Assembly (NCBI GenBank): GCA_030149205.1
Contig: JASBSB010000007.1
Span: 150,001 to 182,000, forward strand
From: Candidatus Heimdallarchaeota archaeon
GTDB taxonomy: Archaea > Asgardarchaeota > Heimdallarchaeia > Heimdallarchaeales > Kariarchaeaceae
DNA: 32,000 nucleotides
Reading direction: 5' to 3'
In this document: positions 16,487 to 25,553 of the stretch, piece by piece
Layout of the letters: the number at the start of each line of letters is the position of its first letter
Numbering within the stretch: the stretch's first letter is position 1
Program-made: the position numbers and the translations under genes
Notes under the pieces: generated by a model
What the model saw: only the letters and a program-made list of their open reading frames with translations
The model's database searches: none
What the model was told of the DNA's origin: nothing

Positions 16487-17932
16487 TTAACTAGTTAATT
16501 TTTCCGAAAACGTTATCAGGGCTCGGACTGGCATTCCTACATTTCCTTTTTTAGGTTTGTAATCAACTGGATTAGATGGCCACGTTACTCCTGCGATATC
16601 AAGATGAACCCAATTTTCATTTTCTACAAATTCCGAAAGAAACATTGCTGCTGTGATAGATCCAGCGGGTCTCCCACCAGTATTCTTCAAATCAGCAACT
16701 GTTGATTCTAATTGCTTGGAATATTTTGTGTCCAGTGGCATTCTCCAAAACATTTCTCCTGAAAGTTCTCCAGCATGTTTTAACTGTTCCCAAACAGAAT
16801 CACTATTTGTGAATGCCCCCACGTAGTGTTCACCTAATGCAATCATCATTGCACCTGTTAAAGTTGCTATATCAATGACGGTGTTAGGTGCAAATTTCTG
16901 TTCTGTAAACACGAGTGCGTCAGATAAGATCATTCTGCCTTCTGCGTCAGTATTATCTACTTCAATTGATTTGCCATTTGATGCAAAGACAACATCAGAT
17001 GGTTTTGTAGCGTGTCCCCCAGGCATGTTCTCTGTCAAGGGTGTTACACTTACCACGTTAACATTCAAGCCAAGTTTAGCAATTCCATACACTGTTGAGA
17101 TGGCAACTGCGGCCCCTGTGCAATCACCTCTCATTGCACCCATTCCAGAGCTTGGTTTTATTGAGATACCACCTGTGTCAAAGGTTATACCCTTTCCTAC
17201 ATAGGCGACATCAGTATTCTGACTTGAGGGATTCCCTTTGTAATTAACAATCAAGAATTTTGCAGGTTCATCAGATCCTTTTGCTACAGAAAGAAAGGCA
17301 CCCATCTTTTGTTCTTTAGCCCAATTTTCATCATGGTCTTCAATTGTAACTTGACCTATTCCTTCAAAAAGTTCCTTGGTTTTTTGAACAAAATAACTTG
17401 GTGTTGCTATATTAGAGGGCATCTCTCCTAGAAATCTTGCATTATTCTGTGCTTCAGCGAAAATTACCCCTTTGTTCCACTCTGAAAAACTAGTTTCATT
17501 TCCTGAAAGAATTATTGATTTTATATCATGTCTACTCTCTTTGTTTTGGGTCAGTAAAGTGTCAAATCTGTACAACCCTAAAAAAACACCTTCTGCAACA
17601 TTCATAGGGTATTGATTAAGGGAAATGGCAACAGAATCCAGTTTTAATGACCTCACTTTACGAATTCCTTTAGCAAACGCAACTCTAAATGCTTCATGAT
17701 TAAGCTCAGATGCTTTTCCCAAGCCAACTAAAATCGCAAAGGGGGACCTGACAGATAAAGGTGATGTTAATAATAACAACTCACCTCTTTTCCCAGTAAA
17801 GCTAGTTTTTGTTAGAAAGTCACTGGAAACTAGTGTGTTAAGAACAGTATTAGTTTCTTCCTCTGTTACAGCAAGTAAAGTTGCATCAGAAGCAATTTCA
17901 AGTAAATTATCTGATGTCAGGGTTATGTTCAT
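16487..17932 (-). CDS. pepA: Leucyl aminopeptidase, M17 family
   Basis: VGKGITFDTGGISIK, NTDAEGR, DIATLTGA and WVHLDIAG. Confidence 0.95.
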   Translation of the reverse strand: MNITLTSDNLLEIASDATLLAVTEEETNTVLNTLVSSDFLTKTSFTGKRGELLLLTSPLSVRSPFAILVGLGKASELNHEAFRVAFAKGIRKVRSLKLDSVAISLNQYPMNVAEGVFLGLYRFDTLLTQNKESRHDIKSIILSGNETSFSEWNKGVIFAEAQNNARFLGEMPSNIATPSYFVQKTKELFEGIGQVTIEDHDENWAKEQKMGAFLSVAKGSDEPAKFLIVNYKGNPSSQNTDVAYVGKGITFDTGGISIKPSSGMGAMRGDCTGAAVAISTVYGIAKLGLNVNVVSVTPLTENMPGGHATKPSDVVFASNGKSIEVDNTDAEGRMILSDALVFTEQKFAPNTVIDIATLTGAMMIALGEHYVGAFTNSDSVWEQLKHAGELSGEMFWRMPLDTKYSKQLESTVADLKNTGGRPAGSITAAMFLSEFVENENWVHLDIAGVTWPSNPVDYKPKKGNVGMPVRALITFSEKLTS

Positions 17933-17993
17933 CTAACTTGTTTCTCATTTTATGAATAAATATGTTAGTCTACTCCTAAAGTCAAATAGGAGA

Positions 17994-20900
17994 TTACAGT
18001 AATTGGATTAATTCATCAAAAGAAAAGGCAAGGGTCGTTATGTGATGAGGGTATGTACTAATTAGATCGAACATCTCGTGAATCTTTTTATGAAGTAAGG
18101 AGGATTCGTTTAAAATTGCGAGAGGGGTACTTAAAAATTCTAATAACATTGTCCTAATCTGATTTAGAAAACCCTCATCAATTCTAAAGAAATTGATTGC
18201 CTGTCCAACTAAATAAATTACTAAAAATAGCTGTGGATTAACAGATCTTGCTTTTATCATCTCTTTTTTATACTTTAAGAGCTGTTGTTCAAAATTTCGG
18301 ATAAAGGTTATTTCATCCTCTATTAAACTATAAAACCTTATTTCATCAATTGATTTTTTAAAGCTTTCATATTCAGGGGAACTCCTCAATTTTTTAATTT
18401 GAATTTCACGAAAGAATCTGTGAAAAACGGAAATATTTGAATTATACGCGTCAGGAAAGGAATGCTTACCCCTTAAAATTGTTTCAGTTAATATTAAAAA
18501 TTGTTGGCCAAACCTATCATTCTCAGATTCTAAATTTTGTAAGTTCTCAAAAAAATCTAAGGTATTTTCAAGGATCTTTTCAATGTTATCAGGTGTGTAT
18601 TTATAATTATTTCTTAGAATTATCTCAAATTTTTCATTGAATTTATTGATGGTAATTTTAGATTTAATCCTTAGATTCAAAATCTCAAAATAGATGTGAT
18701 TTTGCTCCTCTACTAATCCCCTTATCTGCCTTTTTAATTCAGAGTTAACACTAAATGATATGGATTCGGAAAGCAATTCAAATGCATTTTCTAATTGAGA
18801 ATCTTCAATTAAAGAATTAACCAGGGATCTATAATTTAATAAAACATTTTTTGGTTTTGCCACCTCTTTTGAAATCTCTAAAGCTTGTTTTTTTAGGTTC
18901 AGTATCTCTGTGTCAGGTACAATACTAGGGTCATGGGCAGATATTTTTATCATTGATGTTAACAAATCATAAGTCTGTTTAGAAGATTGGGAATGCACAA
19001 TTTGCTCTTTTAATACCTCAAATGCGATCTTATTAAATCCTGAATCGATAAGTCTCTCTATTAACCTATTAAGCTCATTCTCCCAATCGTCAAAATGATC
19101 CTTGTATAAATTTACTTTTTTTATCGTCAAATCTTTTAATAATCGTTGATCTCCTCTGTTTTGTGCAATGATTAAACCAATTTCATACAAATTGGGGTAT
19201 GTGTCAATTAAGCGTTCGTCAACTGGTATTTCGATAATGTCTGATATAATATCGGCTGTAAACTCTAATTTATGCAGTTCATTATTCTCAATTGTGATGT
19301 TAATTAACTCTAGTAAAATACTAAGAGCAATTTTGTTAACTGATTGGTTTTGCAGATTGTCAAAAATCAGGACTCTTAATATTTTTTTAAGGAAAGCTGA
19401 TTGTCGAAACTCAAAGGAGACTGTTATTAATCTCAGCACAAGGGGCTTTATTTTGTCAGGTGATTCAGTGGAGAGAAGATAATTAAGAACAGAATCTAAA
19501 AAGGTGGTTGCATCTTGGTAATTTTCCTCTTCTACTGCCAACTCATAGAGTTTACCATCTATATAAATTGTTAACTCATAAAATTCACCAAATTCAGAAA
19601 CATATTTCTGTATTAGCTTTAAGGTATCAAATTGATCTAACATTGGAGCTTTCCCAATATTCTTTGCAATGAAGGTGGAAAAGTCTAAGATAAGTAATTT
19701 TTCTTTATTTGATATAAGTACCTGATAAATCAAATTTAATTGAGAAACTAGGTGACCCCCAGCAGGAGAATTTTCAATTAATTTCAACAAATTGTTGTGA
19801 AACAACTCAATATAATCCCGTTTGTTATCCTCAATAATATTTAAAGCCCAGGTAAATGATTCAGTTATATCAATCACAGCCTCTTCATCGCTTGAAAAGT
19901 TTGATGTTAAAAATCTGGTTTCGACCGCATTTTGAATTTCTCCCAACTTCAGGTACATTTCAGTTAAAGTAAGTATTCCATCATAATCACGTAACAAATG
20001 TTTTTCAAAGCTTTCCTTTATAAAAATAAATAGCTTTAATTCTTCATCTGATTCAAATTTAAGGGCGTATAATACTGCTTGAACAAAGTTTACCTGTTGA
20101 GATATTGACCATGGTTGAATTAGTAAAACAAGATCTTTTAATAAAATAATCTTTTCTGTAAAATCATCAAGCCGTAGGGCTAAATCCAATGTTTTCCCAA
20201 ACAACGCATAGCAGTGGCTCTTATCTTCTTCGTTATATAATAAATATAGGAGATTTAATAATTCCTTCTTGTAATTAAGTATATTAATTGGCACATTAAT
20301 GGAACTCTCTATTGAATCTTTGAGTTGCAACTTAAAGTAGTTCAAATTTATTTGTTCCAATAGTTTTGAATTTTCTATATAAAAGAGTAGATTTGAGTTT
20401 TTAGCTGTTAATAATAAGGTTTGATCCATCAGAGGGAGAAGATTCTCAGAGAGTTGATCCAATTCAGATCTTGGAGTAGATAATAATTTTGAAAGAAAAT
20501 TAATAAACCATAATCTAATTATATCTTCTTCATGTGATAAACCGTCTCGAAGTGTTTTTAGAATGTTGTTTATTTCAGGTGAGTTAGAAGGAAAAATTTC
20601 AAGTAATGCGTAATCATTACTTAAAGTAAATGAGAGTCGTTTTATGAATGGTTTCAGCTGTAGATTTTTTAAAATAAGATTCCAAAAACCAGAAATGAAT
20701 AAATCTATACCATTAATTTTGATTTTAATGTTTTGTAAACTTAATATAGACTCATCTATTTCATTATATTCCCACAGGTTGTTTGGTACGTAAGAATTAT
20801 TTGCTATTTCTAGGATTGAATCAATTTGAGATATGGGGGTTGTGTAGAACAACCAATTCTTGTAAATAAAAAGCATTAGATCTTCATTTTCAGGGGGCAA

Positions 20901-21116
20901 TGCAAAAAGAGTTTGAAGAAATCCAATTTCTAATGCACTCTCCCAAAATATACTGATGTAGTAATTACCAGAAGAAAAAAAAGTTATCCCAGTCTGAGAT
21001 TTATCAATATTATTCGTTAAATTATTACAAACATTAACAAGATTATCAGAGGGTGAAGCTAACCAATTTATTGTTATTTGACTATCAACTTTAGTTAATG
21101 TTCCATAAAAACTCAA
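17994..21116 (-). CDS. Large hypothetical protein: putative longin-like N-terminal domain plus long alpha-helical solenoid
   Basis: 1040-aa ORF rich in L/I/E/K amphipathic helices with no TM segments; start overlaps the upstream stop by 4 bp. The domain calls are inference only. Confidence 0.7.
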   Translation of the reverse strand: MSFYGTLTKVDSQITINWLASPSDNLVNVCNNLTNNIDKSQTGITFFSSGNYYISIFWESALEIGFLQTLFALPPENEDLMLFIYKNWLFYTTPISQIDSILEIANNSYVPNNLWEYNEIDESILSLQNIKIKINGIDLFISGFWNLILKNLQLKPFIKRLSFTLSNDYALLEIFPSNSPEINNILKTLRDGLSHEEDIIRLWFINFLSKLLSTPRSELDQLSENLLPLMDQTLLLTAKNSNLLFYIENSKLLEQINLNYFKLQLKDSIESSINVPINILNYKKELLNLLYLLYNEEDKSHCYALFGKTLDLALRLDDFTEKIILLKDLVLLIQPWSISQQVNFVQAVLYALKFESDEELKLFIFIKESFEKHLLRDYDGILTLTEMYLKLGEIQNAVETRFLTSNFSSDEEAVIDITESFTWALNIIEDNKRDYIELFHNNLLKLIENSPAGGHLVSQLNLIYQVLISNKEKLLILDFSTFIAKNIGKAPMLDQFDTLKLIQKYVSEFGEFYELTIYIDGKLYELAVEEENYQDATTFLDSVLNYLLSTESPDKIKPLVLRLITVSFEFRQSAFLKKILRVLIFDNLQNQSVNKIALSILLELINITIENNELHKLEFTADIISDIIEIPVDERLIDTYPNLYEIGLIIAQNRGDQRLLKDLTIKKVNLYKDHFDDWENELNRLIERLIDSGFNKIAFEVLKEQIVHSQSSKQTYDLLTSMIKISAHDPSIVPDTEILNLKKQALEISKEVAKPKNVLLNYRSLVNSLIEDSQLENAFELLSESISFSVNSELKRQIRGLVEEQNHIYFEILNLRIKSKITINKFNEKFEIILRNNYKYTPDNIEKILENTLDFFENLQNLESENDRFGQQFLILTETILRGKHSFPDAYNSNISVFHRFFREIQIKKLRSSPEYESFKKSIDEIRFYSLIEDEITFIRNFEQQLLKYKKEMIKARSVNPQLFLVIYLVGQAINFFRIDEGFLNQIRTMLLEFLSTPLAILNESSLLHKKIHEMFDLISTYPHHITTLAFSFDELIQLL

Positions 21117-21490
21117 ATATTCATCCCCCCATTTGAAAAGAATGTTAAGAGCTGTGAAATCTCCTGACTCAAATCATTAACATATCTTAAAGTAATGACC
21201 CTTATATCATTATGATCAACCATTAACTCTACCTGAGAATCTATTTTTGCTTTAACAGCGTTCAAGTATTGAATTTCATCAATGAAGGCTATCTCCTGTT
21301 GGAAACGCAATACTTGAGATTCCTCTAATCCGCCTCTCTGCTCAAGATGAATAAATTCATCAATTTTAGATTGAAGCTCCACTAACTTTTCAGATTCTTT
21401 TGCTAATTCAATTTCAAGTTTTTTTCTGGGGACTTTTGGGGGTTTGTTTTTATTTAAAAAACGTGAAACTAAATTTTGGAATCTTGCCAT
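21113..21490 (-). CDS. Hypothetical helical/coiled-coil protein with basic N-terminus
   Basis: 125-aa ATG ORF coupled (ATGA overlap) to the 1040-aa gene. Confidence 0.65.
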   Translation of the reverse strand: MARFQNLVSRFLNKNKPPKVPRKKLEIELAKESEKLVELQSKIDEFIHLEQRGGLEESQVLRFQQEIAFIDEIQYLNAVKAKIDSQVELMVDHNDIRVITLRYVNDLSQEISQLLTFFSNGGMNI

Positions 21491-21643
21491 CTTTCAAAAT
21501 ACTTAGGTCAAAGTGTTTTTTTAATTTTGCTTACAACTTTCAACAAAATTACCTATTTACTTTCGAATCAATTCTATAAATTTTTTTATGTTATTTTTAT
21601 TAATTAATCCCTAACAGATTGACAGACAAAGCCTACGTTCTTT

Positions 21644-21658
21644 AGAAAAGTATATTAA
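21644..21658 (+). promoter_or_regulatory. Putative BRE/TATA promoter of the E2 gene
   Basis: Purine-rich AGAAAAG followed by TATATTAA about 30 nt upstream of the proposed start region; SD-like GGTG at 21680-21683. Confidence 0.4.
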
Positions 21659-21689
21659 ATCAGAAAATAATTGAAACTTGGTGTGAAAA

Positions 21690-22148
21690 ATTCTTCCTGA
21701 AGATAATTATTGGGCTAGGTTAACAATAGAGGCAGAAGAAATGAAGCGAGAGGAACACAGCTTTGAGACCATCAATAATGATATCAGGTTCTGGAAAGGA
21801 TTCATTCTTGGAACTGGACTTTATGTTGATGGAGTCTTTGTGTTTAACATTACCATTCCAAGGGAATATCCCTTTAAACCACCAATTGTTAAAACTTTAA
21901 CCAAAATTTATCACCCAAACTTTTTCAATGAGAGAATATGTGTTGGTATTTTGGGAAAGGATTGGACACCAGCAAATAATTTGGTTGATGTGGTAGAAAG
22001 TCTCAGATTTCTGCTCTCGAATCCAAACCCTGATGACCCATTAAATTCTGGTGCTGCAAGGTTAATGAAGGAAGATATTGAAACTTTCAAAACAAGGGTG
22101 AAAGAATGGATTATTAACTATGCTGGATGGGACCAAGAACAATTATAG
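21690..22148 (+). CDS. Ubiquitin-conjugating enzyme E2 (UBC fold); ORF track starts at 21741, but the open frame extends to 21687
   Basis: GLYVDGVF, YPFKPP, YHPN, ICVGIL (catalytic Cys at 21939-21941), DWTPA and PNPDDPLN. In-frame upstream ILPEDNYWARLTIEAEEM supplies the E2 helix 1. Confidence 0.9.
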   Translation: MLPEDNYWARLTIEAEEMKREEHSFETINNDIRFWKGFILGTGLYVDGVFVFNITIPREYPFKPPIVKTLTKIYHPNFFNERICVGILGKDWTPANNLVDVVESLRFLLSNPNPDDPLNSGAARLMKEDIETFKTRVKEWIINYAGWDQEQL

Positions 22149-22841
22149 TGACAAAGGTTTTCTACCATATAGAATTACTGAAACTACGGCAACAAAGGCA
22201 GTTATAAAACTAACAAGAATATAAGTGTTCCAATCTATAACTCCTTCACTGAACTTAGGGATATAGAGATCATTTCCATTACTGGCAGGTAATTGTTTAT
22301 AGGCTACTTTTAATGTATTGCTAGTTAGTGATAATGTATCTCCCCAATGATCCAAATATTTAACCTGTACTGGAGAAATATCATAGGATTTGGGAAGGGA
22401 TGAATTTACTGCATAAGCAAAACTAAAACCTGTACCATTAAATATTGAGTTTATTGTAAAGTTGTAATATGTTGAATTTATAAATAATTTACCAAAAGTA
22501 ATTTGTGACCCAGAAAATGTTGTATAATTAAAAGGCTTAGTTGAATTTATTTCTTTTAGAGTTGTCAAGTTCCCAAAGCTGGAATCAACTATAGTTAAAT
22601 CAACAGGCATAGACTGTGATATATTTACCTGTCTCATGGTTTCATTTGAAAAATTTTTCACGATTATAGTAATGTTGGTTTGTATTCCCACATAAAGTTT
22701 TGTTCCAAGTCTGTAGCCATCTGAAACTGCAGTTACAACAACTTTTTTTTCAATTGGGGCAAACGCGATCGAGGGGGTGGACATTGAAACAATAATTACC
22801 ACGAAGATAAACATTACATAGAACCCATTTTGAGACTTCAT
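22143..22841 (-). CDS. Secreted, C-terminally membrane-anchored Ig-like glycoprotein (DUF11/TRAP-beta-like)
   Basis: N-terminal signal-like hydrophobic segment, beta-rich core with 11 N-x-S/T sequons, C-terminal TM and short tail. Its 3' end overlaps the E2 3' end by 6 bp. Confidence 0.7.
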   Translation of the reverse strand: MKSQNGFYVMFIFVVIIVSMSTPSIAFAPIEKKVVVTAVSDGYRLGTKLYVGIQTNITIIVKNFSNETMRQVNISQSMPVDLTIVDSSFGNLTTLKEINSTKPFNYTTFSGSQITFGKLFINSTYYNFTINSIFNGTGFSFAYAVNSSLPKSYDISPVQVKYLDHWGDTLSLTSNTLKVAYKQLPASNGNDLYIPKFSEGVIDWNTYILVSFITAFVAVVSVILYGRKPLSL

Positions 22842-22944
22842 TTATGATTCTCCTACTTACAATCTAAATTTTAAGCATCTTTATTTAATGCTAGCGGTTG
22901 TTAGCAAATAAAATTTGTTTTGAGAGATAATATATAGTCAATCC

Positions 22945-23877
22945 TTAAATCATAAACGGATAAGTCTCTTTAACTTGTTTGTATACAAGTTCAGGTGCAA
23001 ATATACCTTGTTCTGTGATCAATCCATCTATATAATCACGAGATACTGATTCGAATGCTGGATTCATAATTTTTAGATTCTCTGGCTTCAACTCCCAGTC
23101 TTTTGCTATTTCTATGATGTCTCTCTGTTCAATTTCAGTTCTTTTGCCAAAAAGGGTGTCACTGTCAAATTTTAACAGTGAGCCTGAGACAAAAAGAGGG
23201 ACGTCACTTTCCTTAGCTGCTAGTGCTAATAGCCTAGATCCTATTTTATTTATAACTGTCCCTAAAGAAGTAACAGCATCCATTCCAATAATAATTATAT
23301 CGACATTATAGTGTCTCATTACCCACCTCATTGCAGAATCTACGACAAGTGTAGTTGGAATACCTGCGTTTGTGAGTTCTAATGCTGTCTTTCGCCCCTG
23401 ATACCTTGGTCTAGTTTCTGTTGCTATTGCTTTTATCTCTTTCCCATCTTCAAAGGCTTTTATAATTGTTCCTGAAGATAAAGATGAATGGCAATGTGTC
23501 ATTACTGTATAACCGTCTTGTATCAAACTCGAACCAAACTCTATAATTTTCTTCTTGGTTGATTTAAGTAACCCTATATAATCATGGGCAGATATATGTA
23601 GAACTTCTTTGAGTTTTTCTGTTCCCTCTGATTTGTTAAAGCTAAGGTCGTAGTGAATTTTTTTTAACCCATTTTGAAGGGCTGGTTCAGTAGGTCTGGT
23701 GTTTCTGATTGTATTACTTGCTTCATTGATTTTAGTGATAAAATCATCTGAAGGAAGAGTAGACAATAGAGTTTCTGAATATTCTACAATCGCATTTACC
23801 CCTTCAATTGCAACGTTAGTGGCTCCTTGAATATGTAGCTTCTTTATTTCATTCGCTACCCTGATTAAATTATCCAT
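22945..23877 (-). CDS. Ribose-1,5-bisphosphate isomerase (eIF-2B alpha/beta/delta family)
   Basis: IQGAT, RPTEP, MTHCHSS (catalytic Cys), ETRPRYQG and NKIGS; adjacent to AMP phosphorylase. Confidence 0.9.
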   Translation of the reverse strand: MDNLIRVANEIKKLHIQGATNVAIEGVNAIVEYSETLLSTLPSDDFITKINEASNTIRNTRPTEPALQNGLKKIHYDLSFNKSEGTEKLKEVLHISAHDYIGLLKSTKKKIIEFGSSLIQDGYTVMTHCHSSLSSGTIIKAFEDGKEIKAIATETRPRYQGRKTALELTNAGIPTTLVVDSAMRWVMRHYNVDIIIIGMDAVTSLGTVINKIGSRLLALAAKESDVPLFVSGSLLKFDSDTLFGKRTEIEQRDIIEIAKDWELKPENLKIMNPAFESVSRDYIDGLITEQGIFAPELVYKQVKETYPFMI

Positions 23878-23947
23878 ACATTAGAAAATTAAACTCGTCA
23901 TTTAAATCTTGAGGGACGCTGACCTAGATAAATTATCAATATGTAAT

Positions 23948-25468
23948 CTAATTTTTTGAATAAGGAAAAGAACTTACTCTTTCTAATACCATTCCTTCAA
24001 GATTGATCAGTTGAGAACTTTCTGCAATATTTATTGCGTTTTCTAAATCATTTTCTTTTGTTGCATACAACTTAAGTATGGGGGTTCCTTTCTTAATGAA
24101 CTCACCTGCTTTATGGATAAGATATAGACCGGCCTTTTTATCGTTAGGACAACCTAAAGCCCTAGCAATTGACTTAATTGTAGAGTTTGATATATGTGCA
24201 ATATATCCATCTTTTTTTGACTTAACCTCGTACACATATTGACCTAATTCAATTTCTTCAGGTTTTATTGACGAGTCTCCGCCTTGTGCATCTATTATTT
24301 CTCGAAACTTTTGAAGAGCTTTACCTGACCTTAAAATTTCATCTGCATAAGCTGCACCATTTCCTTTGGGAGCTAGTTTTGCCATTTCAATTAAAATTCC
24401 TGCTAACTCTATTGACTTTTCATGGACGCTTCGTGGCCCTTTACCTGTCAAGCTTTCTAATGCTTCCTTCGCCTCAAGTGCTGGTCCAATAGCATGTCCC
24501 ACGGGTTGATCAGCGTAGGTTATTGCGCAATCAATCTCAATTCCAACCCTCCGTCCTATTTCAATGAACGAATGAGCAAAGTTCACTCCCTCTTCCTTTG
24601 ACTCTAGTTTTGTACCCGGTCCCATTGGCATATCCAACACCAAATGTTCAACTCCAGTTGAGAGTTTTTTGGATAGAATTGAAGCTATTATTACTGATTC
24701 AGGATCCAAATTTAATGGTCTCTCAACACGTTCTATAATTTTAGAATCTACCGGTGCCAAATTTAACTGACCACCCCATACTAACATTCCTCGGGTTTTC
24801 GGAGCAATTTCTTGAATTTCTTCTGCGCGAAAATCTACTTCTGCTAGTACCTCAAATGTGTCTGCTGTCCCTGAAGGTGATGTTATAGCCCTGCTGCTGG
24901 TTTTAGGTATCAATAGCCCTGCTGCTGCAACAATAGGCACAATTAACAAAGAAACCTTATTTCCTGGTATTCCACCAATTGAATGTTTGTCATACACCGG
25001 TTCATTAAATTCAATTTTTGTCCCATGATATGCAAATCCTTTGGTTAAATGTTCTGTTTCTTCCATACTTAAATTTTCATATTGCATAGACAGAGTAAAT
25101 GCAGCCATTTCAAGATCTGATAGGTTTTCGTTATAAATATCATCTAAAATAATCTGAATGTCATCTTTTGACCATTTCTGCTTTTCATATTTCTTTTTAA
25201 TGATTGGATACCCTTTAGGTTTAACCCTTGTGGAAATGCTTACTGGGGTTTTAATAGTACAGTTTAATTTCTCAAAGTATGATTTAGAAACACCAATTTC
25301 CTTCTTTGTAACTAACGATTCAGAAAATATTACTTTCACTAGATCTTGTTTTTGATTTACCGATATCTTAGCTAGATTAGAGACTGGGTCTCTTGGATCA
25401 GGATTACTAGGATGAATAATAACTAATTTTTCGTCGTAATCTAATTCTTCAATAATTTTAAATTTCAT
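23948..25468 (-). CDS. deoA: AMP phosphorylase (thymidine phosphorylase family)
   Basis: DKHSIGGIPGNK, KTSSRAITSPSGTAD, about 500 aa with the archaeal N-terminal extension. Confidence 0.94.
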   Translation of the reverse strand: MKFKIIEELDYDEKLVIIHPSNPDPRDPVSNLAKISVNQKQDLVKVIFSESLVTKKEIGVSKSYFEKLNCTIKTPVSISTRVKPKGYPIIKKKYEKQKWSKDDIQIILDDIYNENLSDLEMAAFTLSMQYENLSMEETEHLTKGFAYHGTKIEFNEPVYDKHSIGGIPGNKVSLLIVPIVAAAGLLIPKTSSRAITSPSGTADTFEVLAEVDFRAEEIQEIAPKTRGMLVWGGQLNLAPVDSKIIERVERPLNLDPESVIIASILSKKLSTGVEHLVLDMPMGPGTKLESKEEGVNFAHSFIEIGRRVGIEIDCAITYADQPVGHAIGPALEAKEALESLTGKGPRSVHEKSIELAGILIEMAKLAPKGNGAAYADEILRSGKALQKFREIIDAQGGDSSIKPEEIELGQYVYEVKSKKDGYIAHISNSTIKSIARALGCPNDKKAGLYLIHKAGEFIKKGTPILKLYATKENDLENAINIAESSQLINLEGMVLERVSSFPYSKN

Positions 25469-25553
25469 TTAATTTACACCCATCAGGAGAAATATAAGTT
25501 TACAGTAACTTAATTAATCTTACCTTGTACACAAAATTATTCTGAACGTAATT

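Noticed and set aside
22945-23877. Annotation as translation initiation factor eIF-2B subunit
   Set aside because: The THCHS catalytic Cys and adjacency to AMP phosphorylase favour ribose-1,5-bisphosphate isomerase.
24825-24833. Perfect E2F consensus GCGCGAAAA (TTTTCGCGC on the minus strand)
   Set aside because: It lies inside the AMP phosphorylase coding sequence (F-R-A codons), far from any promoter. A single hit in 32 kb is compatible with chance.
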